DNA from: Octopus sinensis
Lineage: Eukaryota
Length of the DNA stretch: 64,000 bases
NCBI RefSeq assembly: GCF_006345805.1
Contig: NC_043000.1
Span: 248,001 to 312,000, forward strand
Direction: 5' to 3'
Position 1 is the first letter of the stretch; the number at the start of each line of letters is the position of its first letter. Of this stretch, positions 40,939-54,657 are shown piece by piece. The position numbers and the translations under genes were made by a program. The notes under the pieces were generated by a model. It saw nothing but the letters and a program-made list of their open reading frames with translations, was not told the DNA's origin and did not search any database.

Positions 40939-41263
40939 AGACCCCCCCTTCGGTCATGAATGACCATGGGATTGCACCTAGAAAGTTACCCTCCTAGACA
41001 CAAGTCCGGGCAAGGTTGTTTATGGAAGACCAGCAGTCGCCCATGCATACCAGCCTCCCCTCTCCACGCCACCAGTGTTATCCAAGGGAAAGACAAAGGT
41101 GGATACAGCTTGGCACCAGTGACGTCGCAACTCATTTCTACAGCTGAGTGAACTGGAGCAACGTGAAATAAAGTGCCTTGCTCAAGAACACAACACTCAG
41201 CCCGGTCCGGGATTCGAGCTCACAACCTCACGATCGTAAGCTCGACGCTCTAACCACTGAGCC
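40939..41263 (-). mobile_element. SINE family C
   Basis: Reverse of the 38713 copy. Confidence 0.85.
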
Positions 41264-41394
41264 ATAATAAGCAAATAAATTGTAATTGCACGATTTGTGA
41301 TATTTTAGTTATTAACTGGTTTGTGTCATTGGGCAGCAGCCATGTTGGAGCATTGCATCGAACGATTTAGCCGAAACAAATTGACCTTAATACT

Positions 41395-41805
41395 GTTTTA
41401 CTCTTTTACACTTTTACGCTTTTACTTGTTTCAGTCACTTGACTGTGGCCAAGCTGGAGCAAGTCGACCCCAGGACTTATTCTTTGTAAGCCTAGTACTT
41501 ATTCTATCGGTTTCTTTTGCCGAACCGCTAAGTTACGGGGACGTAAACACACCAGCATCGGTTGTCAAGCGATGTTGGGAGTGGGGACAAACACACACAC
41601 ACACAGACACAAACACACACATACATACATATATATATATACATATACGACAGGCTTCTTTCAGTTTCCGTCTAGCAAATCCACTCACAAGACTTTGGTC
41701 GGCCCGAGGCTATAGTAGAAGACACTAGCACAAGGTTCCACGCAGTGGGACTGAACCTGGAACATTGTGGTTGGTAAGCAAACTACTTACCACTCAGCCA
41801 CTCCA
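41395..41805 (-). mobile_element. SINE family A
   Basis: Reverse copy; its head abuts the RTE tail. Confidence 0.85.
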
Positions 41806-41810
41806 ACGGC

Positions 41811-42170
41811 TTTTTTTTCTTGTTGTTGGCATCCTTTTTGTCTCGGGAGACAATGGAGTTGCGCATAAAGTAGTCTAGTCCGGCTTTTACATTTCATGTC
41901 CTGATACATTTCCTGCTGTGGCTGTGTAGTCCTATCCTGGACAAACACTCCCTCTGGCAGGTACCGCAAATGTAGCGTAGACTGTTCCTGGCTGGTTGTA
42001 ATGCCAGAGTTTCTTGTTGACGTCTTTTCCCGTCTTTCCATTTCTCCTCTCTCTCTCTGTCACTCCTTTGTATTCCCTCTCTTACGGTACGTCGCCAGTC
42101 TCCACGGTTGCCGGCAACTGCCTCCTTTCCGTAACCCTGACAGCCGGAGCCAGCTGAGCCCGGAACTCGT
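41811..42170 (-). pseudogene. RTE-clade LINE 3' end
   Basis: Minus strand reads AVAGNRGDWRRTVREG...YICGTCQRECLSRIGLHSHSRKC*, then the 3' UTR hairpin TGTCTC-CC-GAGACA and an (AAC)n/A tail. Confidence 0.85.
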
Positions 42171-42513
42171 GTCAGGCAGGGTCGTCACTTCCTGAAGTAG
42201 TGAAGAAGTTCGCTACCCACTACCTTTTCTTGGTTTGGTACATATACTAGACGTATGTTTTCGACGATCTTCAATTGAGTTTCCGTTCACCAAATTCACT
42301 CATTGATCGATCCGGGTTTAGAGTAAAAAATATTTGCTCAAGGTTCCGGAACTCTAGCGGAGAAAAAAAATTTGGCGTCCCGATGCCGAAGCTCAGTATT
42401 AAAGTCGGAACCTTTAGATCTTTATTCTAACGTTTTCTCTATTGAGATATTTCGGGAACATCCATTATCTAATTTCTTTTATCGCTTTGTTGTTTTTGTT
42501 GTTGTAGTTATGG

Positions 42514-42557
<44 letters not shown>

Positions 42558-42647
42558 GATTCTTTTATTACAGTCATCGGACTGCGGCCATGCTAGGGTA
42601 CCGCCTCGAAAGATATCTTTCAAGGTTTCTATTCATTTATTGGTTTC

Positions 42648-43030
42648 GGATCTTTACCTTTTGACCGACAGATTTAAAAAATAATTTTTTGTAACTAAAC
42701 ACTTTTAAACTTCGGACACTGGTAAAATGTGTCATATAAAACATCTTTTACTTTTAGCATTTTGGAGAAAAACTTATATTTATGAAGGTATTTCACGTTA
42801 AAGTTGTCCTATTTCGGTAATTTCAACCAAAGCTAAAACCAATACAAACGCACGAACGATGTCATAAACAACAGTGACAAACGAAAAACACACCGCCGAT
42901 AGTTGTTGTTGACAAACAACGGCAGTAATTTTATTCAGCTGAATACACGTCATTGATTGGTTTAATTTACCGAAATAGGACAACTTTAACGTGAAATAAC
43001 TTCGTAAATATAAATTTTTCTCGAAAAAAA
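42648..43030. mobile_element. Truncated GGATC-terminal foldback MITE
   Basis: Homologous to 57175-57745. Confidence 0.8.
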
Positions 43031-43052
43031 AAAATATATATATATATACATA

Positions 43053-43223
43053 GGCGTAGGAGTGGCTGTGTGGTAAGTAGCTTGCTCGTGAACCACATGG
43101 TTCCGGGTTCAGTCCCACTGCGTGGCACCTTGGGCAAGTGTCTTCTACTATAGCCTCGGGCCGACCAAAGCCTTGCGAGTGGATTTGGTAGACGGAAACT
43201 GAAAGAAGCCCATCGTATATATG

Positions 43224-43256
<33 letters not shown>

Positions 43257-43475
43257 ATATATAGTGTGTGTGTGTGTGTGTGTGTATGTTTGTGTGTCTG
43301 TGTTTGTCCCCCCAACATCGCTTGACAACCGATGCTGGTGTGTTTACGTCCCCGTGACCTAGCGGTTCGGCAAAAGAGACCGATAGAATAAGTCCTGGGG
43401 TCGATTTGCTCGATAAAGGCGGTGCTCCAGCATGGCCGCAGTCAAATGATTGAAACAAGTAAAAGAGTAAAAGAG
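43053..43475 (+). mobile_element. SINE family A
   Basis: Full-length copy. Confidence 0.9.
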
Positions 43476-43477
43476 TA

Positions 43478-43619
43478 TATATATATAAAGCTGAAGTTGT
43501 CTGTGTATGGCAGGTTTGGTAGCCATCAACTAACACTATCTCCTCCGAGGCCCTGCGGCGTAAGTTGACCAAAATTGAGAGTCGAAACAAACCCGAGCAA
43601 CGCCGGGCGATACTGCTAG
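43478..43619 (+). mobile_element. Internally deleted mini-Helitron
   Basis: The 5' and 3' ends of 44712-45104 joined; ends in hairpin plus CTAG|T. Confidence 0.8.
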
Positions 43620-44098
43620 TATATATATACATGTATGTGTGTGTATGTATGTATGTATATGCTTTACTCAAACAGTGTGACTTGATATGAGATCGTCTAC
43701 TGAAAGTAAAACAATTGCCACGTGGTCGAGTCGTGTCAGCTATTTAAGACATAACATAAATTGTTATATTTTCATACATTTTCGTGATAACTGCATATAT
43801 CATTAAGTATCAAAATTTTTCGACGTCAATCTTAATGTTCTATTCTATTATTAAAAAAAAAAAAGATTACAAAATATAATAGTACATATGTGTTTTGAAT
43901 TAGTAATACGACTCTACTACTGTGAGATCACACACAGATATAACACAAACGCTCACACACACCACACGGATATATGTATATGCATGATTATATATACATA
44001 TATGTAAAAATATATGTATGTGTATGTATAAATGTATACTTGCATATATATATATAAATAAGTATATATGTGTGTGTGTGTTTAAATATGTATGTGGT

Positions 44099-44142
<44 letters not shown>

Positions 44143-44295
44143 TATATATAAATATATATATATATGTATATGTATGTTTGTATGCATATACACATATATA
44201 TAAATGTATATGCATATACATACGTATGTGCACAACTAGTATGCACACACACACACACACAGACATATGTGTGTGTGTGTATGTATACCATATAT

Positions 44296-44340
<45 letters not shown>

Positions 44341-44427
44341 ATTTATATATATTTTGCATATATTTTTTTAATACATACAATCATATATCATACATGTTTA
44401 GCGCACACATATAGAAGCACATGCACG

Positions 44428-44459
<32 letters not shown>

Positions 44460-44711
44460 TGTGTGTGTGTGTGTGTGTGCATACTGAACAGTTGGAGCAT
44501 TTTCAACAGTAATGTTGTGTATCTCTCGGAGAGAGAGACTATGTGAGAGACGTTGAGTGTTGTTTATGGTGAATGTTGTAAACACAGGACTATTGCGACG
44601 TAGCAGAATGAATTTGTGAGGCCGTATGTAATATATCGAAGATGAAAGATGGCCGAGGCGTCTACTCTATGGAGAACTAAATTCTAAGCAAAGAATGCTT
44701 CTCTAGCTAAA

Positions 44712-45104
44712 TCTCTCTATATATAAAGCTGAAGTTGTCTGTGTATGGCAGGTTTGGTAGCCTTCAACTAACACTTTCTCCTCCGAGACCCCGCGGCGCA
44801 AGTTCACCAAAATCGAGAGTATGATAGAAGAAGGCTTGCTCTTTCTTCCGCAGAAGAGAAAATTCAAATCAGACCATGTAAACACCAAAAATTATTTACA
44901 TCAAAAAGGTGCTTTTTTTCTACGAAAATCCCTATTTTTTATGATTTTTTTGATTGCTGTGTCGCCATTTTTCGGTATATTTCAACCAGAAAAATGCTCA
45001 CTTAAAGAGAATAACAAGCTACATAATGCAAAAGTTTTAATTTTCAAAAATTTCAATTCTAAAGGGTCGAAACGAACCCGAGCAACGCCGGGCGATACTG
45101 CTAG
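44712..45104 (+). mobile_element. Non-autonomous Helitron
   Basis: A|TC start, 3' hairpin CCCGAGCAACGCCGGG and CTAG|T end. Confidence 0.85.
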
Positions 45105-45949
45105 TTTAAGATAAAAGGGTTGCTTTATATCTGATATGTAATAAAATATTATTCAGGTAGAATTATCGATAAAACAATGAGCAGTTGATTGAAATACATG
45201 GCGAACAATATGGGTGATATGTTCAAATGGCTCTGTGGTTAATAACTCAATTTGCAAATAAATAGATTGGTAGATAGGTTAGATTTGTTGACAGATAGGT
45301 ATCAAGAGGTAGGGAAAGACGGATACGATTATTAATAAAAAGGATAATAAAATAGTGTCACCTGTCACGATTTCCGAACGGTGAGCGTGTGTGGGCTCCG
45401 TTTGTGAGGCACATCGTTCTATAGTTCGTCTCTTTGACGGAGTTGTGGTCCTGGGTGGAAAAAAAAAGACCGGGACTGGGCGCTTAGCATCTAGAGTGTC
45501 GACTGGCGCTCGCCGCCGTCTACCAGTCAGACAATGGGGTTAAGTGCATGTGCCGCTTTAGCAATATATAGAAGACGAGCGAAACGCCCTCCGTCCAATG
45601 GACGGTGCTGAGTTGTCAAACATTTAAACCAAATTTTCTCAAAACAATTTGTCCGACCGATCCTTTGAGAAACACTGATTTAACCTAAATTTGAAACACC
45701 AGCAAAAGAAGAAATCAAGATAGACTTTTTTTATTCCAAAGAAAAATGATTTTATTCACACAGATATGCAACCGAAGAGTTTAAACTACCAGTAATAATA
45801 AGGCTGTTGACTGGGAGAACACAAACATGGTTTAAACAGTAAGCTTGGTAGCAAAGAAACGTGCCTTTAAGCAGTACAAAAACAACAAAAAATGGAAGGT
45901 GCAGTTATGTACAGGTTGACGGCAGAAAGGCAGGACAAAAACGGCTTTA

Positions 45950-46113
45950 TCGATCGCATTCTCACCTGGAATCGACATTCGTAATTTTTTCAAGACTTAT
46001 ACACGCCCTGATACCGTCGGTATCTACATATCAAATTTGAGCGCAATCAGATGGAGGATGCCCGAGATCCTAGAAGACACACACACAGACAGACAGAACG
46101 GATTTTATATAAG
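45950..46113 (-). mobile_element. Helitron-like 5' terminal fragment
   Basis: Minus strand TCTTATATAAAATCCGTTCTGTCTGTCTGTG resembles the other Helitron 5' ends here. Confidence 0.45.
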
Positions 46114-46149
46114 AAATTAGTGCCGAAGAAGTGCAACGACGTTAACGGG

Positions 46150-46755
46150 GAGATTCTGGGCGTCTAGCTAGTCTGCTCAGGAGGACTTTCTGGTCGGGGA
46201 CTACCATGCATAATTTCGAAATATCCTTGGCTTGGCAATGCTACCGAGGGACGTTACCGGTTCGATATAAACTTGGATGTGCTATCAGATGGGCTTGTTC
46301 AAGGTACCGGCAGATCGACGAAACCCCACTGCACGCACTTGTACAGCATCCGGGCATTGCTGAATTTTGTAGTTATTTCGCAAAGTAGTTGTCGTGTGTG
46401 GGACGGATACATCTGTCGGCCGAGTCCATGGTGATGATTTTCCGGCTGCATTTCTTTAATCGGGCAGATAGTGAATTTTCCTTTACCTGGTGGTTGTAGT
46501 GAAAGAGGTTGCCTGGTGGACAATGTTGAAAGGCATGAGGACAGAGGATTCCTCTTTGGTAGAGTTCTCATCGACTTTTTCAAATTTGACCTGAACAGAA
46601 AAGTGAGGATGGAGAGAGAGGTACAGTTCTGGAGGGAATTTAACGAATGGTTAAGTGAAAGTTGCGAAACTAGCAAGAGTGGATGATAGCGCTCTAAGTG
46701 TAGACCTGTCAGATGAGAACGGGAATTTGAGAGTGCTTTTGCCCTTGGTGTTCAT
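46150..46755 (+). pseudogene. L1/Tx1-type LINE ORF2 C-terminal (zf-RVT-like) fragment
   Basis: LAWQCYRGTLPVRYKL..CSRYRQIDETPLHAL (degenerate CxxC..ETxxH) and terminal EREVQFWREFNEW. Confidence 0.65.
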
Positions 46756-46759
46756 AGAA

Positions 46760-47360
46760 ATATCTATTTCTTTATTGCTCACAGGGTGGGGGGCTAAACA
46801 TAGAGGACAAACAAGGAAAAACAAAGGGATTAAGTCGATTATATCGACCCCAGTGCGTAATTAGTACTTATTTAATCGACCCCGAAAGGATGAAAGGCAA
46901 AGTCGACCTCGGCGGATTTTGAACTCAGAACGTAACGGCAGACGAAATACCTATTTCTTTACTACCCACAAGGGGCTAAACACAGAGGGGACAAATAAGG
47001 ATAGACAAACGGATTAAGTCGATTACATCGATCCCAGTGCGTAACTGGTACTTAATTTAATCAACCCCGAAAGGATGAATGCCAAAGCGACCTCGGCGGA
47101 ATAACTCAGAAGTAACGGCAGACGAAATACCTATTTTCTTTATACCCACAAGGGGCTAAACACAGAGGGAACAAACCGGACAGACATAGTATTAAGTCGA
47201 TTACATCGACCCCAGTGCGTACTGGTACTTAATTTATCAACCCCGAAAGGATGAAAAGCAAAGTCGACCTCGGCGGAATTCGAACTCAGAACGTAACGGC
47301 AGACGAAATACCGCTGAGCGTTTCGCCCGGCGTGCTAACGTTTCTGCCAACTCGCCGCCT
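46760..47360 (-). mobile_element. SINE-N tandem array (one head, three body units of ~180 bp)
   Basis: Repeated CCCCGAAAGGATGAAAGGCAAAGTCGACCTCGGCGGA blocks. Confidence 0.88.
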
Positions 47361-47564
47361 AGAAATATTGTACTGTGGAGTTCCTCGATTACCCCTAGAG
47401 GTCTTGTATCAGGAGGATCACATCACCATTAAACTCAGAATATAGATCCAGAACAATACCGCTAGGTATTTTTTCCCACGCTCTAACGATTTTGCTCATC
47501 CACTACCCTTAAAAATGGCACAAAGCTTGTAATTATAATTATAGTGGTTAAGTCTAAACTGTGA

Positions 47565-48265
47565 AGGTGAGTAGCTTAATTGTTAGGGAATTCGACTCAG
47601 GATCGTAATGTCGTAAGTTCGATTCCCGGTGATGCATTGTGTCCTTTAGCAAGATACTTTATTTCACGTTGCTCCAGTCCACTCAACTGGCAAAAATGAA
47701 TTGTACCTGTTATTCAAAACGTTAGCCTTGTCATACACTGTGTCATACTGAATCTCCCTGAGAACTACGTTAAGGGTACGATCGTATGTGGAGCTCTCAG
47801 TCACTTGCACGTTACTTTCACGAGCAGGCTGTTCCGTTGATCAAGAGTGGCTATGTGGTGAAGAAGCTCGGTTTGCAATCACCTTGTTTCGAGTTCAGTC
47901 CCATTGCGCGGCACTTGGAACTAGTGCATTCCATTGAAGCCTTGGGCCACCCGGTGCCTCGTAAATGAATTTGGTAGGCAGAAACTGTGTGGAACCCCGT
48001 CGAATGTGTGTAGAAGCCCGTGTGTGCGTGTGTGTGTGGTTGTATGTGTGAGTGTGTGTGTGTGAATGTTTGTCCCCATCACAACTTTACAACCGAAGTT
48101 GGTTTGTTTGCGTTCTCGTAACTTAGCCGATTGAATACATAGCAGACTTTAAAAAAAATAAGACTTTAAAAAGAAATGGCGTCGATTTGTTCTACTAGAT
48201 CTTTCAAAGCCACTACTCCAGCACCGCCACAGCCCAATGACTGAAACAAATAAAAGATAAAAGAT
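47565..48265 (+). mobile_element. SINE-C followed by a diverged SINE-A
   Basis: Matches to the 60050 and 2010 copies. Confidence 0.7.
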
Positions 48266-48928
48266 TGGCAAGATTTGAACTCAGAATTAAAAGACAGGCG
48301 TAAGTGCCATCAGTAAATTTATCCAGCGGTTTATCGCTTTCAAAAGCCATCTCCATAGTGAGTAATTTCATCACTCAGTCATCAGTGCGCTGGCTTGCAG
48401 TGGTTCCTAAATTTATGTTTGTGCATATTGGTGTGTTTGGATTGCAGTCATTCCTACCTTTATATTTGTGCGAACTGGCATGTGTGTGTGTGTGTGTGTG
48501 TGTGTTTTGTGTGTGTGTGTGTGTATTTGTGTGTGTATTTGTGTGTATGTGTATTTGTGTGTGTGTGCATATATCATTGTGTGCGTGTGTGTGTGTGTGT
48601 ATCATTGCCACTTGCAAAGTAACACATGTACACATGGTATTTAAGAGAAACATAGAGAAAGACGGAAAGGGAGAGGGAGAGAGGGAGAGAGATAGGGAAA
48701 GAAAGAGAGAAAGAGAGAAAGAGAGAGAGCGCTTTCCGTTACGTAGTCGATGTCTATATTTTTCTTATTTACTAAGATTACCAGTAAGTGTTTCAATGGC
48801 CTAGGGTTTCGCGCCACTTAGAAGGAAACTGCAGGTCTTTGGAACATCAAATGCAGAGATTGAAAGTCACCACAATGGTGAAACGTGTACAGAAAGGAAC
48901 AAATTATTTAAACGTGTGTTTTACATAG

Positions 48929-48973
<45 letters not shown>

Positions 48974-48994
48974 CATATATATATATTTAAATCT

Positions 48995-49236
48995 TTTATT
49001 CTTTTACTTGTTTCAGTCATTTAAACTGCGGCCATGCACCACCTTTAGTTGAACTGGCAGCACCACCTTTATTGAACAAATCGACCCCAGGACTTTTCTG
49101 TCGGTGTCTTTTGCTGAACCCCTAGGTTACAAGGACGTGAACACACACCAACGTCGCTTGTCAAGCGATGGTGGGAAGACAAACACAGACACACAAAGAT
49201 ATATATATATATATATATATCTTATATATATATATA

Positions 49237-49278
<42 letters not shown>

Positions 49279-49421
49279 TCACACGACGAGCTTCTTTCAG
49301 TTTCCGTCTACCAAATCCACTCACAAGGCGTTGGTCGGCCCGAGGCTATCGCAGAAGCCACTTGCCTAAGGTGTCACGCAGTGGGATTGAACCCGGAACC
49401 ATGTCGTTGGGAAGCAAGCTT
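48995..49421 (-). mobile_element. SINE family A cut by the assembly gap
   Basis: Reverse copy ending at the Ns. Confidence 0.85.
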
Positions 49422-49521
49422 NNNNNNNNNNNNNNNNNNNNNNNNNNNNNNNNNNNNNNNNNNNNNNNNNNNNNNNNNNNNNNNNNNNNNNNNNNNNNNN
49501 NNNNNNNNNNNNNNNNNNNNN
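49422..49521. other. Assembly gap (100 N)
   Basis: Run of exactly 100 Ns. Confidence 1.
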
Positions 49522-50264
49522 TACGAAAGTTGTTTAAATTAAAAAGAAGGGAGCCTTAATAGTGAAATATTGGGCACCACTCTTTAATGATCAATAAGTG
49601 TAGAAGAGCTACGCTTGGGCTCGGACTGAACCCAGTATGCTCTCTCTTTACTGTGGTCATCGCCGACCCGATGTCTACAGGTATAAACATGAGCTAGCGA
49701 GGAGGCCAGTTTGCATTCTCTCGATTTGAGAGAAAAAGCACTCTACTCTTCTTTTATATCATTCTTTTCTATCATTTTAAAAAGATAAGTTAGATAATTT
49801 AGATAATATACATCGAGGTACTCTATATCCGAAGAAGAAAGAAAAAATATGCAAAAATAGAGGGGATTGTCAGAAATGTTATACCTTTGATCAGAAGTCA
49901 GCTTGACCAGGCCTGACCTGGGGCTAAACAGAAAGATCTACACATGTAGACTGAACAGTGGAAAGATTACATGCCCAGTCATACTACAGTCTTCATGTGG
50001 AGGGGCATGGCTTAGTGGTCAGTGTGTTGGACTCGTGATCGTATGATTGTGGTTTCGATTCCTGAACCGAGCGACGCGTTGTGTTTTGAAGCAAAACGCT
50101 TCATTTCACGTTGCTCCAGTCCACCCAGGAGACCAAAACGAGTAATCCTATGACAAATCAGCGTTCCGTCCAGCGGGGAATGTATGCACCACGAAGACTG
50201 GAAACTAGCTTTATGAGTTTATATGACTCGGGAAGGATCTTATCCTTTATTATACACTGGATGG

Positions 50265-50640
50265 AAGCACTCCGTCGGTTCCGACGACGAGGGTTCCGGT
50301 TGATCCGATCAACGGAACAGCCTGCTCGTGAAATTAACGTGTAAGTGGCTGAGCACTCCACAGACACGTGTACCCTTAACGTAGTTCTCGGGGATATTCA
50401 GCGTGACACAGAGAGTGACAAGGCCGGCCCTTTGAAATACAGGTACAACAGAAACAGGAAGTAAGAGAAAGTTGTGGTGAAAGAGTACAGCAGGGATCGC
50501 CATCATCCCCTGCCGGAGCCGCGTAGAGCTTTAGGTGTTTTCGCTCAATAAACACTCACAACGCCCGGTCTGGGGATCGAAACCGCGATCCTACGACCGC
50601 GAGTCCGCTGCCCTAACCACTGGGCCATTGCGCCTCCACA
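50265..50640 (-). mobile_element. SINE family B, full length
   Basis: Reverse of 59631-60013. Confidence 0.9.
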
Positions 50641-51059
50641 TCATACACTACAAACTTCACGAATAATCACTATATGTTAGTGTATGCAGTGTAGTCCTAA
50701 GTTAGGAAGTATTGAATATCTGAAACGTCAGATTAGTGGCCGGCATTATGCCGACTATATGTTTTACCGATCTCGATCAAAAGCTAATCTGGGACTACAC
50801 CACCCAACACATCATAAAAATTATAATATTCAGTGATTATCCTCAGTACCTCCTTTTCAGAAAAAAATTTCTTCAACAAGTGGGTGCATATTAAAATACA
50901 TTTAAAGGTTAAAATTATAAACAACTTATAAACAAAGGCAAAAGAAATCTCGAGTATAATCGACCGAAATTACAAAGATAATCTGGAACTCAACTGAGGA
51001 AAGAAAACTCGGAATGACCCGTCCTTGTTATCTTTTTATCGTCTATCGGGATGTTTGGT

Positions 51060-51270
51060 TTACTTGCTTCATTCACTTGATTGCGGCCATGCTGGTGCAC
51101 CGCCTTTAGTCGAACAAATCAATATTCTTTGTGAGCCGATTACTTATTCTATCGGTTTCTTTTACCGAACTCCTAAGTTACGGGGACATAAACACACCAG
51201 AACTGGTTGTCAAGCGATGGTGAAGGGACAAATATAGAGACACACACACAGATATATATATATATATATA

Positions 51271-51312
<42 letters not shown>

Positions 51313-51724
51313 CATATATATACTGCAAATAAAAAAAAACAAGAACAAACACAACAAGAAAAAAAAACAAAAACGCGAGAACGTGGTACATGCAAAGTAT
51401 TGACTGACGCTCATGGAAGGAATGAAAGGTAGTTTTACGTTTCCAGCAAAGCTCTTCATCAGAAACAGGAGACGGAGGAAAGTCCAAGAGGAAAGGAAGA
51501 CGGACGAAAAGAATCGCCAACGATCCACATACAGTTATATTTTGAAATATACATATATACGACGAGCTTATTCCATTTTCCGTCTACCAAATCCACTGAC
51601 AAGGCTTTGGTCGGCCAGAGGCTATAGTAGAAGACACTTGCCGAAGGTGTCACGCAGTGAGACTGAACCCGGAACCATGTGGTTGGGAAGCAAGATTCTT
51701 ACCACACAGCCACGCCTGTGCCTA
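51060..51724 (-). mobile_element. SINE-A hosting an HHR-bearing insert (~51322-51545)
   Basis: SINE halves at 51060-51250 and 51560-51724. Confidence 0.8.
51432..51466 (-). ncRNA. Minimal type I hammerhead motif, slightly degenerate
   Basis: GTTT CTGATGA A GAGC-ttt-GCTG GAAA CG TA AAAC, with palindrome ACGT and a G.G mismatch at the base of helix II. Confidence 0.55.
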
Positions 51725-51781
51725 TATATGCAGATATATATTCATACACATACATATTTCCGTGAATGTATATATATATAT

Positions 51782-51815
<34 letters not shown>

Positions 51816-51820
51816 TTATA

Positions 51821-52262
51821 TACAAAAATATAAGAGATTGTCCACTATGTGGTCGACTCTTGCGCTAAAAATAGTTCCGCTATGGTCTCAACCACCAAGA
51901 GAACGTAAACGAGCAGGACAAATGAGGGCATTCGAATCATAACAGCGAATATAATTGACTGAACCACACGTGTGTTTGACGTTATGTTAAAATCTGGCGT
52001 GTGGTTCAGTAAATTGTATTCAAGACAAATTCTACTGAAGAGCTACAGATATATTATGTAAGTAAAATTGCATAATCCATTAATAGCGAAACAATTGTCT
52101 AGAATTTATCTACATTTTTGTTATTTTTCATTTGTCCTGCTCGTTTACGTTCATAGTTGTGCTAATTCTCCTTGGAAACAATTCTTGGTGGTTGAGACCA
52201 TAGCGGATCTATTTTTAGCGCAAGAGTCGAACACATAGTGGACACTCTCTTATATTTGTGTA
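51821..52262 (+). mobile_element. Non-coding foldback element carrying a hammerhead ribozyme
   Basis: Arms 51821-51900/52183-52262 and 51901-51925/52128-52152 (25 bp perfect), inner hairpin 51948-52020, set in (TA)n. Confidence 0.8.
52027..52107 (+). ncRNA. Type I hammerhead ribozyme, canonical core
   Basis: AAATTCTA CTGAAGA GCTA-[38 nt]-TAGC GAAA C AATT G TC TAGAATTT. Helix I is 8 bp; the GUC triplet predicts cleavage after 52099. Confidence 0.85.
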
Positions 52263-53562
52263 TTAATTTTTACTGTACCTGGCTTTATGCGCTAAAACCA
52301 CTTGGTGTTAAATTGATGGTATATTAAATAACATCCAATTATTTCACCCTTATTTTTGATACATATATATATATATATATTATATATATATATATACACC
52401 CACACACAGTCACACACGCTCACAACACACAAAAACATGCACATATCACACAGAAATATACTAAAATAAGTGTATTCTGTGAAGGTATTCTGAAGTGAAT
52501 GAAGATAGGATGGTCAACATTCAATCATTTATGACTTTTGACTTGTCATAGTCGCATTAGATTCTGCCTCAATCCTTTAACTCACTCCACCATCAGAACT
52601 ACCAGCATCAGCACCAGCATCATCAGACCAACGACTACGATGCAACCCTGTGTGACTTGTATCTGCACCTGTCTGCACCATGTTTGAAAGTGGATACGAG
52701 CCCCCATACTGGGTTCTGTCAAAAGAAATGTGATGAGTGACTGTGCACCGGGCTTCAGCGCACAGTCAGACGTATGAGATGAAAATGATATTCTGGTTTA
52801 TAAGGTTAAACAAAGAAAAGAAAAAGAAAACGTAAAAAAATCTTGGCCCATGCCGAAAGAATCTTAGCCGGTGTGTTGGGGTGTCTAGGGTACAACTTCA
52901 AACCAAAACTAACCACTCAAATAAATATATTTTTATAAGTGAAGGCGAAAGTGGCTTCATTATATTACTCTGGATAAATCTACTTGATACATTAAACGCA
53001 TATTAGTGCGTGTGTTATTTGGAGCGTGTGTTTATGTGTGAGTGTGTGTGTGTGTGTGTTTGTGTTTGTGTGTATATTTATGTGTGTATTCATACGTACA
53101 CATTTCCATAAATACATAAAGATACCTATGTATATATATATGTATATATATATGTATATATATATATATATATATGTAAGTTTATTTAATATTCATAAAT
53201 ACATACAGATGCATATGCATGAATATACATACATACATACATACATACATACATACATACATACATACACAAACACACACGCTCTAGAATTATATATAAA
53301 CACATACACAAGCACTTTGACCAGCATATATTAACCACACGCATACATATTTCCGTGAATGTATAGTGGAAGCTATCCATGTGTAGTATATATATATATA
53401 TATATATATATATGCAAAGTAACATACACACACACATAATATAAATCATAGTAAATATCATTATGTATAATATAAGAATATAATATAAATAATATATACA
53501 TATGTATATCTATATTATGTATATATATACATAAATATATATATAATATATATATTATATAT

Positions 53563-53607
<45 letters not shown>

Positions 53608-53640
53608 GTATATATGTATATATATATATTATGTAATATG

Positions 53641-53702
<62 letters not shown>

Positions 53703-54151
53703 TATATATATATATATATGTACATATATATATATATATTATATATAATATATATATACATGCACACACACTACACACATCGTCATATAAACACACGTTT
53801 TCTAGTTCATGTTCACTAGTTAAATAATCATTTATTAGACCTTCTCAAAACCTGTACAATTTAGTGGCCTCAAATTACTATAAATAAACTGAGTCTCTTG
53901 AAAGACGCTAGACGTTCACATGAAATATATACAATGCAATACACACATAATGACGACGCGGACTTATTAACTATAGTGCGAAGACCTAACATTTTAAATG
54001 ACATACGCTAACACATGCACACATTTAAATGCCATACAGGCACACCACGCACACATGCAAACACATACAGAAAGCAAACATACACATACATACGGACACA
54101 CATACTGTGCAAATGATATATGTATACATGTTTCATATATATATATGTATA

Positions 54152-54208
<57 letters not shown>

Positions 54209-54236
54209 ATGTCTGTGTGTATACATGTATATATCT

Positions 54237-54295
<59 letters not shown>

Positions 54296-54583
54296 ATGTG
54301 TGTGTGTGTGTGTGTGTGGTGTGGTATTATACACGCATACAAATTTATAAGTTTTATATAGTATATATATGTATATAGATAATAATTATATATTATAAAT
54401 AGTAGTATATGTGTGTTATATATAAATATACAAATATATATAATACACTCCACACACACCCGCACAAGGCACAATCACGCACACACATACACACTATGTA
54501 TGTATATGCTCATAGGGAATATGAACATGTAAATGTTTGCACAATCTATATACGCAAAAATAATCATATACAAATAAGACACA

Positions 54584-54657
<74 letters not shown>

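Noticed and set aside
45363-45620. Possible solo LTR starting TGTCACG
   Set aside because: No matching terminus, TSD or second copy found.
52577-52808. Possible piggyBac relic (TTAA ends, Cys-rich stretch)
   Set aside because: No clear TIRs and the motif is too degenerate.
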